DNA of 64,000 nucleotides, taken from assembly GCF_009914755.1 (NCBI RefSeq), contig NC_060932.1; one strand, given 5' to 3'. Position numbers and translations under genes: made by a program. Source of the stretch: the human T2T-CHM13v2.0 reference genome, Homo sapiens. Below, piece by piece: positions 28,278-42,839 of the stretch; the first letter of the stretch is position 1, and every line of letters begins with the position of its first letter. The notes under the pieces are model-generated. The model saw only the letters and a program-made list of their open reading frames with translations, made no database searches and was not told the DNA's origin.

Positions 28278-28568
28278 TTTTTTTATCTGGACAGATCTCA
28301 CTTTGTTGCCCAGGTTGAAGGGTAGTGGCACCATCTCGGCTCACTGCAACCTCCGCCTCCTGGATTCAAGTGATCCTGCTGCCTCAGCCTCCTGAGTGGC
28401 TGGGATTACAGGCGTGAGCCACCACGCCCAGCTAATTTTTGTATTTTTAGTAGAGACGGGGTTTCACCATATTGGCCACGTTGGTCTTGAGCTCCCGACC
28501 TCAGATGATCCGCCTGCCTTGGCCTCCCAAAGTGCTAGGATTACAGGCGTGAGCCACTGCGCCTGGCC
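28278..28568 (-). mobile_element. AluS
   Basis: Antisense dimer, TSD cctgagtactt/tctgagtactt. Confidence 0.95.
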
Positions 28569-28589
28569 TCTGAGTACTTAAAAAAAAAA

Positions 28590-30998
28590 TTTTTTTTTTT
28601 TTATCGAGTATATTTAAAGCTGTACATGTTATGAGTTACATATATGTAGTGACATAGTTACCCATTTTCCCTTCATGGCAAGAGCAGGTGTAATCTCATT
28701 TAGTGAACCTCCTGACACAGTACACTGTTATTAGCCACAGTCCCCACACCATACCTTAGATCTGAAGTGCAGAGAGCTAAGGTACAGTGTGGGGACCTAC
28801 ACACCTGCTACTTTGCATCCTTTGACCTACATCTCCCCATTTCTATCCCCCACCCTGCTCCAGTAACCACATTTTATCTTACTCTCTATTTCTATTCCAT
28901 CTTATCAGTGAGATCATGCAATGTTTTTCTTTCCTGTCTGGTTTATTTCACTTACCATAGTGTCATCTAGGTTCATCCATGTCGTGGCAAATGGCTGGAT
29001 CTCCTCCTTTTTAAAGGCTGAGTAATATTCCACTGTATACATACATACACACCACAGTTTCTTTATCCATTCACCTGTGGACAGACACTTAGGATGTTTC
29101 CATGTCTTGGCTATTATGCAAACTGCTGCGGTGAACATGGGACTGCAGGCATCTTCACAAGGTGATTTGATTTGCTTTGGGTATATTTCCAGAAGAGGGG
29201 TTGCTGGGCTATACAGTAATTGTATTTTTAATTCCTTTGGGAACCTCCACACTGTTTTCTTTGAGGGTATGCCAATCTGCATTCCCATCAGCAGTGTACA
29301 GGGTTCCTGTTTCTCCACACTCTTGCCAACACTTATTATCTCTTATCTTTTTGATAATAACTCTCCTAATGGGTGTGGGATGATATCTCATGATGGTTCT
29401 GATTTACATTTCCTTGATGGTTAGTGATGTTGAGCATCTTTTGGTCATGTGTATGTCATCTTTTGAGAAATACCTGTCCAGCATCTTTGCCCATTTTTTA
29501 ATCAGGTTATGTATTTTCTTGCTACTGAGTTGCTTGAGTTCTTTTTAAGTTTCAGATATTAACTTTATATCAGATACATGGTCTACAAGTATTTTTCCCT
29601 AATTTGTAGGTTGCCTTTTCATTGTGTTGATTGTTTCCTCTGCTGTGCAGAAGCTTTTTAGTTTGATGTAGTCCTGTTTACATATTTTTGCTTTGGTAGC
29701 CTGAGCTTTTGGTGTGATATCCACATTATTGCCAAAAGCAGTGTCAAGGAACTTTTCTCCTGTGTTTTCTTCTGGGAGTTTTATGGTTTTAGGTCTTATG
29801 TTTAGGTCTTTAATCCATTTTGAGTTGATTTTTGTATATGTTGTAAGATAAGGTCCAATTTCATTTTTTTACATGAGAAACCCAGTTTTTCCAGCACCAT
29901 TTATTAAAGAGACTATCCTTTCCCCATTGTGTCTTCTTCATGCTCTTGTCAAAAATTAGTTGACTATAAATGTTTAGATTTATTTCAGTTCTCTAACCTG
30001 TTCCATTGGTCTGTGTGTCTGTTTTTTGTGCCAGTACCATACTGTTTTAATTACTATAGCTTGTAATATAATTTTACATCAAGAAGTGTGGTGTCTCCAG
30101 CTTTGTTTTTCTCTCTCAGAATTACTTCAGTTATTCGAGGTCTTTTGTGGTTCCATGTGGATTTTAGAATTGTTTTTTCTATTTCTATTAAGAATGCCAT
30201 TGGGATTTTGGCAGATTACATTGAATCTGTATATTGCTTTGGGTCATGTGGACATTTTAATAATATTCTTTTAATTCATAAGCATGGAATATCTTTCCAT
30301 CTATCTGTGTCCTTTTTCGTTCATCAGTGTTTTATAGTTTTCAGTGTACAGGTCTTTTACCTCCTATGTTAAATTTATCCCTAAGTATTTTGATTTTTTT
30401 TTTTTGATGGTACCATAAATGGGATTGTTTTCTTGGTTTCTTTTTCAGCTAGGTTTTCATTTGTTTGGGATTTATCCTTGGCGTGCAAGGCTGGTTTAAC
30501 TGTGTAAGTCAGTCAATGTAATGCATTATATTAACAGATGGAAAGACAAAACCACGTGATCATCTCAGTCAACACAGAAAAAGCATTCAGCATCCTTTAT
30601 TGGTAAAAACTCTCAACAATTTAGGTACAGAAAGAAAATTTCTCAACAAAATAAAGGCCACTTATGAAAAACCCATAGTTAGTGTCATAACTGATGGGGG
30701 GAAGTGTGAAAGCTTTCCCTCTAAGATCTGGTACAAGACAGGGATGTCCATTCTTGCCATTTCTGTTCAACATAGTACTGGAAGTACTATTAAGAGCAGT
30801 CAGATGAGAAAAAGAAATAAAAGATCTCTGAATTGGAAAGGAAAAATTAAAATTATCTCGTTTGCAGATGACCTGATCCTATATGTAGAAAACCCCAAAG
30901 ACTACCAGAAAACTGTTAGAACTAAATGAATGCAGTAAAGTTGCAGGATACATGATCAACATACAAAAATCTCTGGTATTTCTATACACAGATAATGA
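28590..30998 (-). mobile_element. L1MA-type element with 5' inversion (antisense 28590-~30462, sense ORF2 piece ~30463-30998)
   Basis: Poly-T, then antisense 3'UTR/ORF2 (ORF 28914-29318 resembles the L1 ORF2 C-terminus), then a sense RT fragment (ORF 30600-30929 ...[14 protein letters not shown]), then TSD cctgagtact at 30999-31008. Confidence 0.88.
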
Positions 30999-32716
30999 CC
31001 TGAGTACTGTTGAGATGACCCTAAGTGGTATTTAATAGCTTCCTTCCAATCTAGTGTAAGAGTTTCCAGGTCCACTGTGTACATTTTCTGCCCCACACTT
31101 GGAGTCGTCCCTTTCTCCCTGATTCCTTTCTTTGTGGTAAGTGATATTTAGCGACACAGTCTAGGCGTTGGGGTTGTTCATTTCTTCCTAGATTGGTCTT
31201 CATTTGTAGGCCTTGTTACATGTATAAAACTATAATTTCTTTATGATAAAATATATCCTGAGTTTATAGTCATATTGCCAGATTAGATTTAGGACCACAA
31301 GTACTTAACCCCACTCATCTTTTATCTTTACTTCCCGACAGTAAGTTTCCTGGAATCAACAGGTTCCAGAAATAAAAGCATTAAAATATCACAGTACTCA
31401 TTTGCTTATTTCCCATTATACACACAATAGTTACAGAGTAATGCCAATAACTTGATCATTTTAAAAAAAGAGAGAGAGAGATTCAGAGGGTTTGTTTTGG
31501 GTGTGTGGCAGTTCTTTTTGTCTTTATGTATTTCCCATTCAGTCTATACAGTTAAATTATTATGTTTTCAGTCATCTGGAATTTCTTTTTGTGTGGCTCT
31601 TCACCAGCTAGTTGCAGAATCAAGTTTGTTTCATTTCACTTTTAGAAATTGCTTTTTTGAATTTGATTTTGTTATATGTCCATTGACTTCTGTGTTCCAT
31701 ATTTTATTCACTTCGTTATTATATACATTTATTCTTGGTTCTGTGGTTTGAACTTTGCACGGCCTTTAAGTGGAACCTGACACCCAGGATCTTTCTTCAC
31801 AGTGGTCATCTCACTGTCAGACTCTGCAGGGCTTGCTGCTTACACATAATCCTTTAAAAAATACGGCTAGATTGTAGGCAGTCTTAAAAGTAAACAAAGA
31901 AAATACATCCATACTTGGCATCATTTAGGATATGTTATTTCTCCGCTACCCTCCATTCCAAAATGGAAGCGTAATTTTTCTAAACCTAGGAACAGACATT
32001 CCCATTTCAATCATGTGATAGCTGGGAAAGAGCTAACCTCTCCTCCCAGAGGCGCTCTGCAAGCTAGCGTCCATAGTGGGATGCTTGCCAGGCCCTCTTT
32101 TCACTTCCCTGCTATGCTTTTGTCATTTTTGCAAAAACTTACATGGGTAAAAGCCCACCCTCTTGGACAATCTGGGACAAAACAAAGATTTAACTATGAG
32201 ATTTAACAAGAGAACTACTCATTTTATCCAGATAATGGAACTATCTGTTTAAATAGCCCTTTCAAAGTAAGTTCAGCAGAGCACTAATTTCATGGGATGC
32301 CAGTGGGTGTTTACCAAAAAGGGTTCCAGGATCAAATAAATGTGGGCCATTCTGAAGTTTAACAGCAGCCACGTGTCTCAGATGGTGATATGCATTGTGA
32401 ATCAAAGGGAGGAATAGCACAGGTTTGTTTCCCAAACTTACTTAGACCATGAATCCAGCCCAGTTTTTCATAAAACAACATGCTGGCATTGGAAAAGTGC
32501 TCCGTTAGAAAGTAAGGCTGCCTCTCACTTGAACCCTACAGGAGATACATGAGACAGAGAAATGTGTTAACCTATGCCACGGGGATACATTCAGCAAAAA
32601 TCTGATTATGAGAGAACTTTACAGGACAAATGATTTGGTTTCATCGACAACAATTTGCAAAAACGAGAGGGATGTTCAACCTGGAGTATCAATTTAGCAT
32701 ATTTATATTGATATTC

Positions 32717-32792
32717 CAGGTTGAATATCCCTAAATCAAAAATCGGAAACTCTTCTGGTCCTAAGCATTTCAAATAAGGGATACTCAACCTG
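32717..32792. mobile_element. Tigger4/MER46-derived short MITE
   Basis: Inverted termini caggttgaatatccct.../...agggatactcaacctg. Confidence 0.7.
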
Positions 32793-34513
32793 AACTTTCA
32801 TGAGTTCATTATCAATAACTGAGTCCATAACTAAGTTAAAATTTCCCTGCTTAGTCTAGGTTTTTTTCCAAGAGTTATATTCACCCCCTCCCTAACCCAG
32901 CCCCCAAAGACCAGGGTTTCTAAAGAGTGTAATCCTTGGATTCACAGATGTTATTTGTTGGAGAACAAAGCAGCTCATCGATGCCATTCGTCTGTATTTG
33001 GAGGAGTGTCCCATAGCCTCCCTTGTTCCTTTGCACTGTGAGGCGGATTATCCCGTGTGAGCAAGTGTGTCCTGGCCCCAGGAGATTGCTGGGTGTGCAG
33101 ATAGAGGCTTGCGTGCCTGTGGAAGGCACCCGCTCTGTAACCTGGACCCCGCAGTCTTTCCACGGAGTATCTGATAGCAGATCCATCCTGTGCTACGTGC
33201 CCAGGAGCCAGTCGTACAAGGCAGTGACGGGCAGGGTGCGAAGCAATGAAAGTGGTGGTTCATTCTAACCAGAACGGAAGTCCTTATAAAAACATCTCTC
33301 CTAGTTGCTCCAGTTCCAACAGAGATGCAAAATCCATGTGTTTTTTAAAAAAAAGGCAATTTTGGGGGGACCAAACCATTTTAAGATACATGAAGAACCT
33401 CTTCTCTTTCCTTTTCTCATTCTACACCCTGCCTACCTCACTCCCTGCAGTCCCCAAGCCACTCGCACACCCAACCCCCCTTCAACTAGCTTCGTTCATT
33501 GCCAGCCATGGTGCTGTCTGCTCTGGAAAGTGGCAGGAAAAGCTGATAAGGTGCCGAGGACAGAATCTCTGGTCTTATCTCGCTCTAGCACATGGTGCCG
33601 AGAGTGCATCCTTTTCCTGTCCTAGGACAAGAGACATAAACTGGCCATCTCCCGGCAGCAAGGACTTCAAACGGGGCTTGGGCCTGCCTCTGCTTTCTAG
33701 AGGAGCCAGAAAGGAGAAAGTGGGTCATGACTTTTTGAGAGTTGTTTTAGTACCAGTAAAAATTTATGTCGTCTTGTAGATCAGCAAACATAACTTCATA
33801 ATAAGACACTCATAAAGAAGAAATGAGAAAGCAGTGAGGGTGAGGGCAGGGCCTGCCAACACACCCAAGGGTTGGAAGTTGCTGGGCTGTTTTGTTTGGT
33901 TAGAGCTTCACCAGGACACGTTCGGCCTGAAAGGATTAGATTTGGCTTTTTGTTTGTTGACAGATGAAGCAAGTGGTTTTAAGAGCTTTTGTGATAGTAA
34001 GAAACTGACATACATATGGTCTAGTGCAGGAGAAGAGGAGGAAAACACTGGCTTATTTTTCCTTCTGTCCTTCTCTCTTGCCAGGAAAGCAGAAATAACA
34101 TTCCTCCCCAGATTTTCCTTCTGTGACATCATGAAAACAGGAAGAAGGGGGACCTTTCTTTGGGTTGCAGTGTGGGGGAAGGGTTGGCGGAGAAGGCAAA
34201 GCTCTGCGTCTCCAGCGTCTCCAGCCGTAGTCTGAAGGGAGCAGGGTGGCGACTCTGGTGACAGGTCTGGGCAGCACCATCCCGTCCCTTGCTTCCCCTT
34301 CCTCGTGGTCCCTTCCTGACCTTACGACGCAGAGCTGGAAGAGTGGGCAGCCTGAGGTCATCATCAGCCGTTGTGAGCCTCAAGAGGACCCAGTTAGCAA
34401 CTTGAGGCGGGAGTTCAGTTTTGATTCTGTGTTACCATTTTTGGAAGAAATTGGTTGGCTGTACAATTCTGACAGCCAATTGCTGACATTCCAAAGGTTA
34501 ATGACAGTGTTAA

Positions 34514-34944
<431 letters not shown>

Positions 34945-36433
34945 TAATGAATGCTAGAATTGTGATGGACCTTAAAAATGTAGCTGTTGATTTTCAAAGT
35001 GGATTCCATAGAGTTCTAGCATCCCCAGGGGCTTTTACAAGGGGATTTGAGGGGAGGGTTGGGACATGAGCTTTGGGTTGCCCCCACCCCGCTGCAGCCA
35101 AAGCTTCCTGAGATGTTGTACAGATTGGCCTTCTGTTTAAGATTGTGTTTGAAGAAAGTCATGTGAAAAAACTATGTTGAAAAAAGTTACTGAGGAGCCC
35201 TATTTCCCTGTCTTGCAAATGATTGCATTTGAGGCCTGGAAAGGCCGGTGACTTGTCCTAGATCACATGTTCTGTCAGTTGTGCTTCCAATCTTCTGACA
35301 GCCAGGTCATTGCCACTTATACTATCTTAAATTGAGTACCCGTTTTCTGTCCTTTGCTAGCTGATATTGTATAGCAGTGCCACTCAAATTATGGTCCATA
35401 GACAAGATAAAGACAGAAATTAAGAGTAAGCATTTAGAAGCTTTTCTAGTAGTTTGACAATATTTTAGGACTTGGGTTTTAGATGTCTTTTTTAAAACTT
35501 CATTTTTCTGCTAACTTTTTTAACTTTATAAAAATCTTGCCCTGTAATCCTGTAATGGATTCAAAATTTTTAAAGGCAAAAAAAAAAAAAAACAAAAAAA
35601 AACCCACAAAACAGACAGAACTAATCCTTTACCCCTGATAGTTTGAGAAGCAGCATGCTGGAGGGCATTGAATTTCTGGTGGTTGGGTGGGTTCAGAACT
35701 GCAAGCAATGCTTTGTTGCCAGCGAGGCAGGTCTTGCTTCAAGAACCTTTTTGGATTCTGAACATGCAGGGAGACAGTCTTTCTTGTACTTTTTCACTTA
35801 AGTTTTCAATATATTTTTTGTTTATAAAATAAAAACTTATAGCTTGTGTAAAACAAGAGAAGAGGTTATAGGATTATATATTTAATAGCAGTAACAATTT
35901 TTATTTTTTATGAGCTCCTTGGAATTACAGTCTCAGTGTAACTGGTTAGGGTTTTTCTTGAGTAGAATTGGCTTTGTAGTTGGTTTGTTGTTGTTTAGTT
36001 TTTGTCTATGCTAAAAATAAGTTGTGCTGGTATATTGCCTTTTTTTTATTGTGATAAGAACACTGTCTGATGTATTATTTTATATCATTTACTCTTTTAA
36101 CATGACTAATTTCGGAATTTTATTTATTCTTACTAATTTCGGTATCTTTTAAACATAGAATGACTTTGCTTTGCCAAATTTACTCCTAAAAATATTTCTC
36201 AAATATTTTTATTTGCTACATTGATTTCTGGTGAAAGAAAGAGTATGTGAAAATATTAGCCTTAAGTAGTTTATAAGAATTGAAAGAAGAGACTTTTTTT
36301 GTTAGTCAACTATATTCACCTAATTTACCTTTCTTTTATAAACAATCATGACTACTTAATTATTCCATGTAACTATGCATACCCTATTCCTAGTTTCAAA
36401 ATAAATATTTTATTCTCTAAAAAGACCTTATTC

Positions 36434-36733
<300 letters not shown>

Positions 36734-37984
36734 TTATTCTTTTTAGAAATTAGAAGATTTTACATTTAATAGAATCTTCAAGAACTGCTGTGCTTTCTAT
36801 AGTAAGGAGCCTACATTTGAGTTGTCATGGTTCTTCAGCAATTTTCACCTCTTCCTGTGGAATAAAGATGGAAGAGACAGAACCCTCTGGAAGCTTCTGC
36901 TCTGTTCTGTGAGAGGCCAGTGCTGGGTCTCAGCTGTTTATCAAAGCTGTTTGTCCTGCCTCTGGAGAGCAGGGGAGAGAACGATTTGACCTGGAATTAT
37001 AAAATGCAGTCAATTTGGATTATTTTTAGACATCATTCACAGAAGTTGAGGCCTGTGTCACATTGATCATCTCCAGCTCTGGAGGAGCCTCGTTTATCTT
37101 CCATGGCCAGTGTGTCGGGAAAGTTTGTCACTGCAGCTTTCCGAGCCTGAGGGCCTTTCAGGGAGGCAGGAAGCCTGCTCCTCTTTCTCTTTCCTCTTTT
37201 TCCACAGAGGCTGGATGACTCTTGTCAGTGATCCTGATGTTGATTACTTGAGAAGCTGTTGCCATAGAGAACCATCCTTTTAAAACATGTTTATGTCAGC
37301 TTTTCCTAATAAGTGGCAATCGGAATAGCTGGTTAGGCATATGGGAAAAAATAAAAATAAAAAGACATAAAATTAACAGCTCTGTTACCATTGGCCTTCA
37401 TATGAGGAATTTGGCATTCTGTGTATTTCTCTACTAAAGTCCAGCCAAGCTATTCTGTCCCTTCTAGTTCGTATTATCTTCTCCAATGTCCGGTGTGTCT
37501 GAGTTTGTAACTTCCAAGCGGAGTTCTGATGCCTGATATTAGAAAGGTATCTCTGCATACTTACTGGGTTGCTGAGAGTGCTCTTTGATGTCACATCACT
37601 TTTTAAACAAATTTTTTCTTTACTGTCTTTTGCTACTCAAAAGCAGGCAGCAGTTAGCAGCCTCTCTGCTGCTTGCTGACACAGTTCAGAAAGGTAGGCA
37701 TTCTGTCGCTGGCAGGAGACAGAGCTTGAGGACTTTGTCAAAGCCCAGCGTCCTCCAGTTCCATACGTGTATATATGTACATGTGTGTATATAAAGGTAT
37801 ATTGTGTGTGTGCACTGGAAAAGCACCTGCCACTTCCAAAAGTCAGCCGTATTGTATTCACAGTCACAGAGCCGATTTTATAATACATTTATTCAGTAAA
37901 TATTTACTTAGCACCTATTGTATGTACTTGTATAATGAGAAAGAAAACAAATTTTCACAAGATTTTTACTGAGGAAATTCAAAA

Positions 37985-38130
37985 CTTTAAGGACACTGGT
38001 ATTTGAAATTCATGTAATTTTTACATGTCATAAAATAGTTTTTTGTTTCCTCCTAACCATTTAGAAATGGTAAAAAAAAAAAAAATCATTAAAAACTAGG
38101 CCCACGGCCATAGTTCACCAGTCTCTGTTC
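37985..38130. mobile_element. MER58-like hAT fossil
   Basis: 'atttgaaattcatgtaatttttacatgtcataaaata...ggccatagttcacc'. Confidence 0.45.
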
Positions 38131-41100
38131 TAGAGAGAACCCTCTGGAACCCCTGCAGAGTGGGCTTCTAATACATGCCACAGGTTCTTACACCTGTTTC
38201 ACATGTGCACGCACACACAATTTCTGTGTTTTCCAATTGAGTTGCTGCATAATTCTCATTCTGTTATTATATCTTTGCTTTTTAATACCACTTCAAATCA
38301 CAACTCTCTTCAGTCAATGGGGTTTTATATTTGTTTTTGACTCTTGTGATACTTGCTAATGCTAAAACTGATTGTGTCTCCCAGGCAAATTCCCCGAGGC
38401 TGCTCATTGCCGAGACTTGGTGCGTTTAGCCTAATTCCAGATGTGAGCGATGAATGTCTTGAAAAATGTACAAGATTTCACACTTGAAAAGCTTTTTGTG
38501 AGTGTAAAAATAGCTGTTCATCAATAAAACACTGGATGTTTTCAGTTACATGGAAACCACGAAGGAAAAGCATGAAACCACAGAGGTTCCATAGAGAGAA
38601 GAGCAGGGCCGCCCGCCATAGTGGCTCAGGGCAGGCTTTCCAACGAACGGCCGTGAATCACTGCCTAGCTCAGCCTTCAGTGGCAAACCCATTTCAATGA
38701 CTCCCTAGAATCAGCTTGCCCAGGTTGTTTTCAGCTAAGATATAATGTAGGCTGTGCCTTCACAGCTTGCTACCAGAGGCTGCTGGTGGAACTTCCATCC
38801 CACTGCTGTTCTCCAAATGAGCTGCTTACCTTTGTATGTGGTATGCACGAGAACTCTCTTCTCTTTACCAAGAACAGTTCTCTTCTTTAGCAAGAACAGT
38901 TCAGTCTCTACTGGCATTGCTTGTGTTCAACTAATCCCACAAAAAGAACGTGGCAGTTCCCATACCACACAGTACCTTGCTTTTTTCCAATTGACTTGTC
39001 CCCTCCAAGGCAACTGTGGTAACATGTGGAATGACAGAGCAGAAGGAGAAATGGATGGATCACTGGACTGAGTTTCTATTTATTGCTAAGGGCCAGGAAG
39101 GAACTGGCTGACAGCAGACGACACTCAGATGTACTCTGCAGTAGTTAGAGAAGCAGTTTGCATCACAAGGCAAGGGAAGGTGCTATCTGATGAGAAGGGG
39201 GTGGTTTCATGTGGATGGGAGGAATCTGCACTCAAAATGCTGATTCTCTTCTTACCCTCCCACACCCCTTCTGGACATTAGACCTGCCTGATGTGCAGAC
39301 AAGTTCGTACTGACAAACACAAAGCATTTGGGGCCAGTGGGTGGTGGTGGGAGCTCTTCACAGCCTTGGTCCAGCTGGGTTTGGTGTCTTTGTGCCTTTG
39401 TTGAGCACTTACTGTACCTTGTTCCTCATTAGGGAGGTTGTGGATTGTATGAATACAAATGAAACATAAATGGCCCCTGTCCTCAAGAAACTTGTTTCCT
39501 TGGGAAGATGCTAGCAAAGCAAATTAAACAAATACAGAAAATAGAAGCAACAAGTTGCTATTATGGGGAATAAACGAGAAAGGATGTTCACTTGGGATTG
39601 GACTTGTGGAAGGAAGCAGTCACACACTTGATCTTCAAGAAAGTGATGCACGGGACTGTGTACAGGGGATGTGGAAGAACATCGTAGGCCAGCATAGGGA
39701 GTGACTGGGTCAGTTCATCCTGCCCCTTCTGTTGGAGGAGTTTAAAGTACACACACAGCTGACGGTGGGGTCTCCACAATCCCTTTGTTTTGAGGAGTCA
39801 CACACAGTCACTTCATACCTGAAGGGATACATGAAGACATAATTTGTGTTTGTCAGAACTGCCCCACTGAAAAGTTTGGAAAAGGTACAGAATGTTCTGT
39901 CAAACCACTCACTTGCCAAGCTTTCTTAACTTTTCACAGACTAACCCAGCACAGGCTGATGACAGACAGGCTGTGGTGGCAGTGAGCATTTGTTCATCAC
40001 AGGCAATAGCCATCAGGGCTCACAACCCCAGTTGCTAAATACATTACCCTTGATCTCTGGGAGTCTACTTTGTTAACAAAGTTCATTGAAGGATTACTGT
40101 TGCAGCATGACCTCCGTGTCTTAATGTGGAAATAAGAAAGCTTCCATCATCCTGTCACTTAAGATCAGTAGTGATGTATGAGCAAGGCTGGCGAGCTGAA
40201 AGACTTGCCTTTGAAGCCCATTTCCTGGACTGGCATGTTGATCATAAGTAGGGGGATTCTGTAGTAAGGTGCATCTGCTTCTGGCACTTCACTAAGGTCT
40301 CTGTGCAAACTGCTTCATTTCCTTGCCCCAAAAGATTCTTTTGAGAATAATGGAGAATCCTCTCTATTTGGGCATTGTACTAATAATCCATCTCAGTATA
40401 CATGTTTGAATGACACAAGAGCAAAGTCCTCCATGAGCCCAGAGGATCTTGCGCAGATACTCACTCATGTAGCTGCAGAGTCTCCAGATGGAGGATCCTA
40501 AAAGAAGCAGAACAGACTTTAATTCTGTAGACATCCGAGAAGAGTTGATACATGTAGCTTCAGGCATCTTTCAGGGACCGGAGAGGACTGTGGTGTATTG
40601 TAATTGATACCCGCAGGGACTCTCTGCAGGGTCAGCTTGCCTTTGTGCCCACTCTTTGTTTTTTCCTCAGTGATAATTCGGAATTGCCAGAGATGGCGTT
40701 AAGATTCTCCAGCTCTAATCGTGACACACAGTGTACGCCCATGAACCACCTGAATTGACCTGTTGCTGATGAGGAAACTGAGTCAGAGAACCACAGCAGC
40801 CACCTTTCCATATTGGCAGTGTCCAGGTGGAAGCTGTCCAGCATCTGCCCAAGAGGGCTTCTTGCCTGGGTGGAAGGTTTGGACTTGGGTTTTACTCTGT
40901 GCTTTAAAACAGTCAAACTTTTTCAAGTGAATGTACATGCTAGTTTGATAAATTATAAAACTCTTTTAAGCCTGGCTTCAGGCTGTTTTTTATTTATATG
41001 AATTGCAAACCAAAATGATGTAGTTTTTTTCTCTTTTGAAAGTACTATTTCTGTGGATATTTTTTCTGCATCAGTCAACTTAGGTGAGTGTAGACCTTAG

Positions 41101-41726
41101 TCTCTGGATTATGTGGTCAATTGATACATACTTTAGTTTTGGGGTGGCTTCTGAAGAGAGAGGAAAGGTGACAAGGCAGTCCATGAGGTGGGAGCTAGGA
41201 GTCGGGGTCCTTTGGTACAGGGAGCAAGGGCTTTGCACCTGGCAGCCTTAGGGCTGTCTCTCTCCTGCTGTGTTCCAGCTGTGAGACCTTCTGCGGATTA
41301 AGTGCTAGGAGTCTCACTCTCTGCCTGTGTGATGTGGAGAGGACGCCTCTCCTCAGGTTGCAGCAAGAGTTGGCTGAGATGCCACTTGATGTCAAGTGCC
41401 TGGCACGGTGGTGATAGCTGCCTTCCTCAGGACACCCAGGCCTGATCACTTTGGGTGAAGCTTCCTCAAATGATTGAGCAGGGTGATCCCATGGGCCTGG
41501 CTTTAAACTCTCAGGGCTCTGTGAACTGGGGAACAGGTGCTCCAGAGTCATCTCAGTTCAAAGCCACAAGTACTTATTGATTGGGTAGAAATTAAGGCCC
41601 ACTTACCATTTGGGAAAGTCAGTCATCAAATGTTTTTGACACATGTGATGCACTCATTAGCGCTGAAGGAAGGGAGAGGACTGTGAGGCTTGCTGTGAAC
41701 AGACTAGGCCAGTCCTGCTTATTTTA

Positions 41727-41776
41727 TTAGGTTGGTGCAAAAGTAATCACGGTTTTTGCCATTAGTGGCAAAAACC
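41727..41776. mobile_element. MADE1 (Hsmar1 MITE), partial
   Basis: TA + ttaggttggtgcaaaagtaatcacggtttttgcca-ttag-tggcaaaaacc. Confidence 0.85.
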
Positions 41777-42839
41777 TCCTTTAGCTGAACAGCAAGCATT
41801 GGAATTTGAAAAAGAGAGAGAGACATTTCCCGAATCCCTGAGCTTAAATCACATTTGGCAAGATGATTAACCATATTTCTTGGTAGTATTTTATATGGAA
41901 CCAGAAGTTTTCAAGTTACTCTTAAATTTGTTTCATTAGGTTTTGGCACACAGTTAACAAACAGACATTCTCAACGTTTATGAAGCAGTGAATGTCGCAT
42001 TTAAATTTTTTTTTATTTTATTTTTTGAGGTGTATTGTGTGTTTAATGGAAATGTGGGAAAATGCAAGTTATTGTCATTTCAAAATGCTTAAAAGTAACT
42101 TGTTTTCTCAATACTTGTTTACTTTGATAGAGACCAGATGTAAAAGCATTAGTTTTCTTGAAAAGATGTATCTATTTTTATGTGATGCCGTGGTCAAGAA
42201 TGCAGAAGCAGGATTAGAATCTCTGCAGTGAAACTGAGTCTCCGACTTTGGTGTATAAAAGATGAGTCCTGGCCATTGCTCCTGCAGGAGTCAGATTTTC
42301 AATGTATTTTTCCTTTGAGTCCATGGTCTTGTAAAATAGGCACGTTTCTGTGATGTGGGAGGGTGGCTACCCCCGCATTAAGCAGCTCTCTCTAGCCAGT
42401 CATTGTGTGGCCAGCACTTTGCTGGGAAGAAGTAGGACTTGGGTGCTGGCCCCTCTCTAGCCTGTCTCCATGCCCTGCCAAGCCTGTGCAGTGACCCGTG
42501 CCTATTAAACTTACATCCCAGAAGTTGATGATGAGCATATGAGCATACTTACTTTCTGGAGTTACGAAGACCCGCTGAATTCAACAAGTGACTCAAAAAT
42601 GGTCTTGTATTTCCTGATAATAAAAAATGTGATTAATACCAGCAATTAGTTCCGGTGATTAAAATCAGGAATTCACAAGGTAATAAATAGATGAGCAAGG
42701 TAAGGAGTCATAGGATTCGACTCAGATCTGAGTTCCAGCCTCAAAAATACATTCCAAAAGAGTGGCCCACAGACTGCAGGCTCCTGTAGTGCTGCGAAAC
42801 TGTCAGTGAGACTTCTGTTGCATAAACGAGCCAGCCGTC

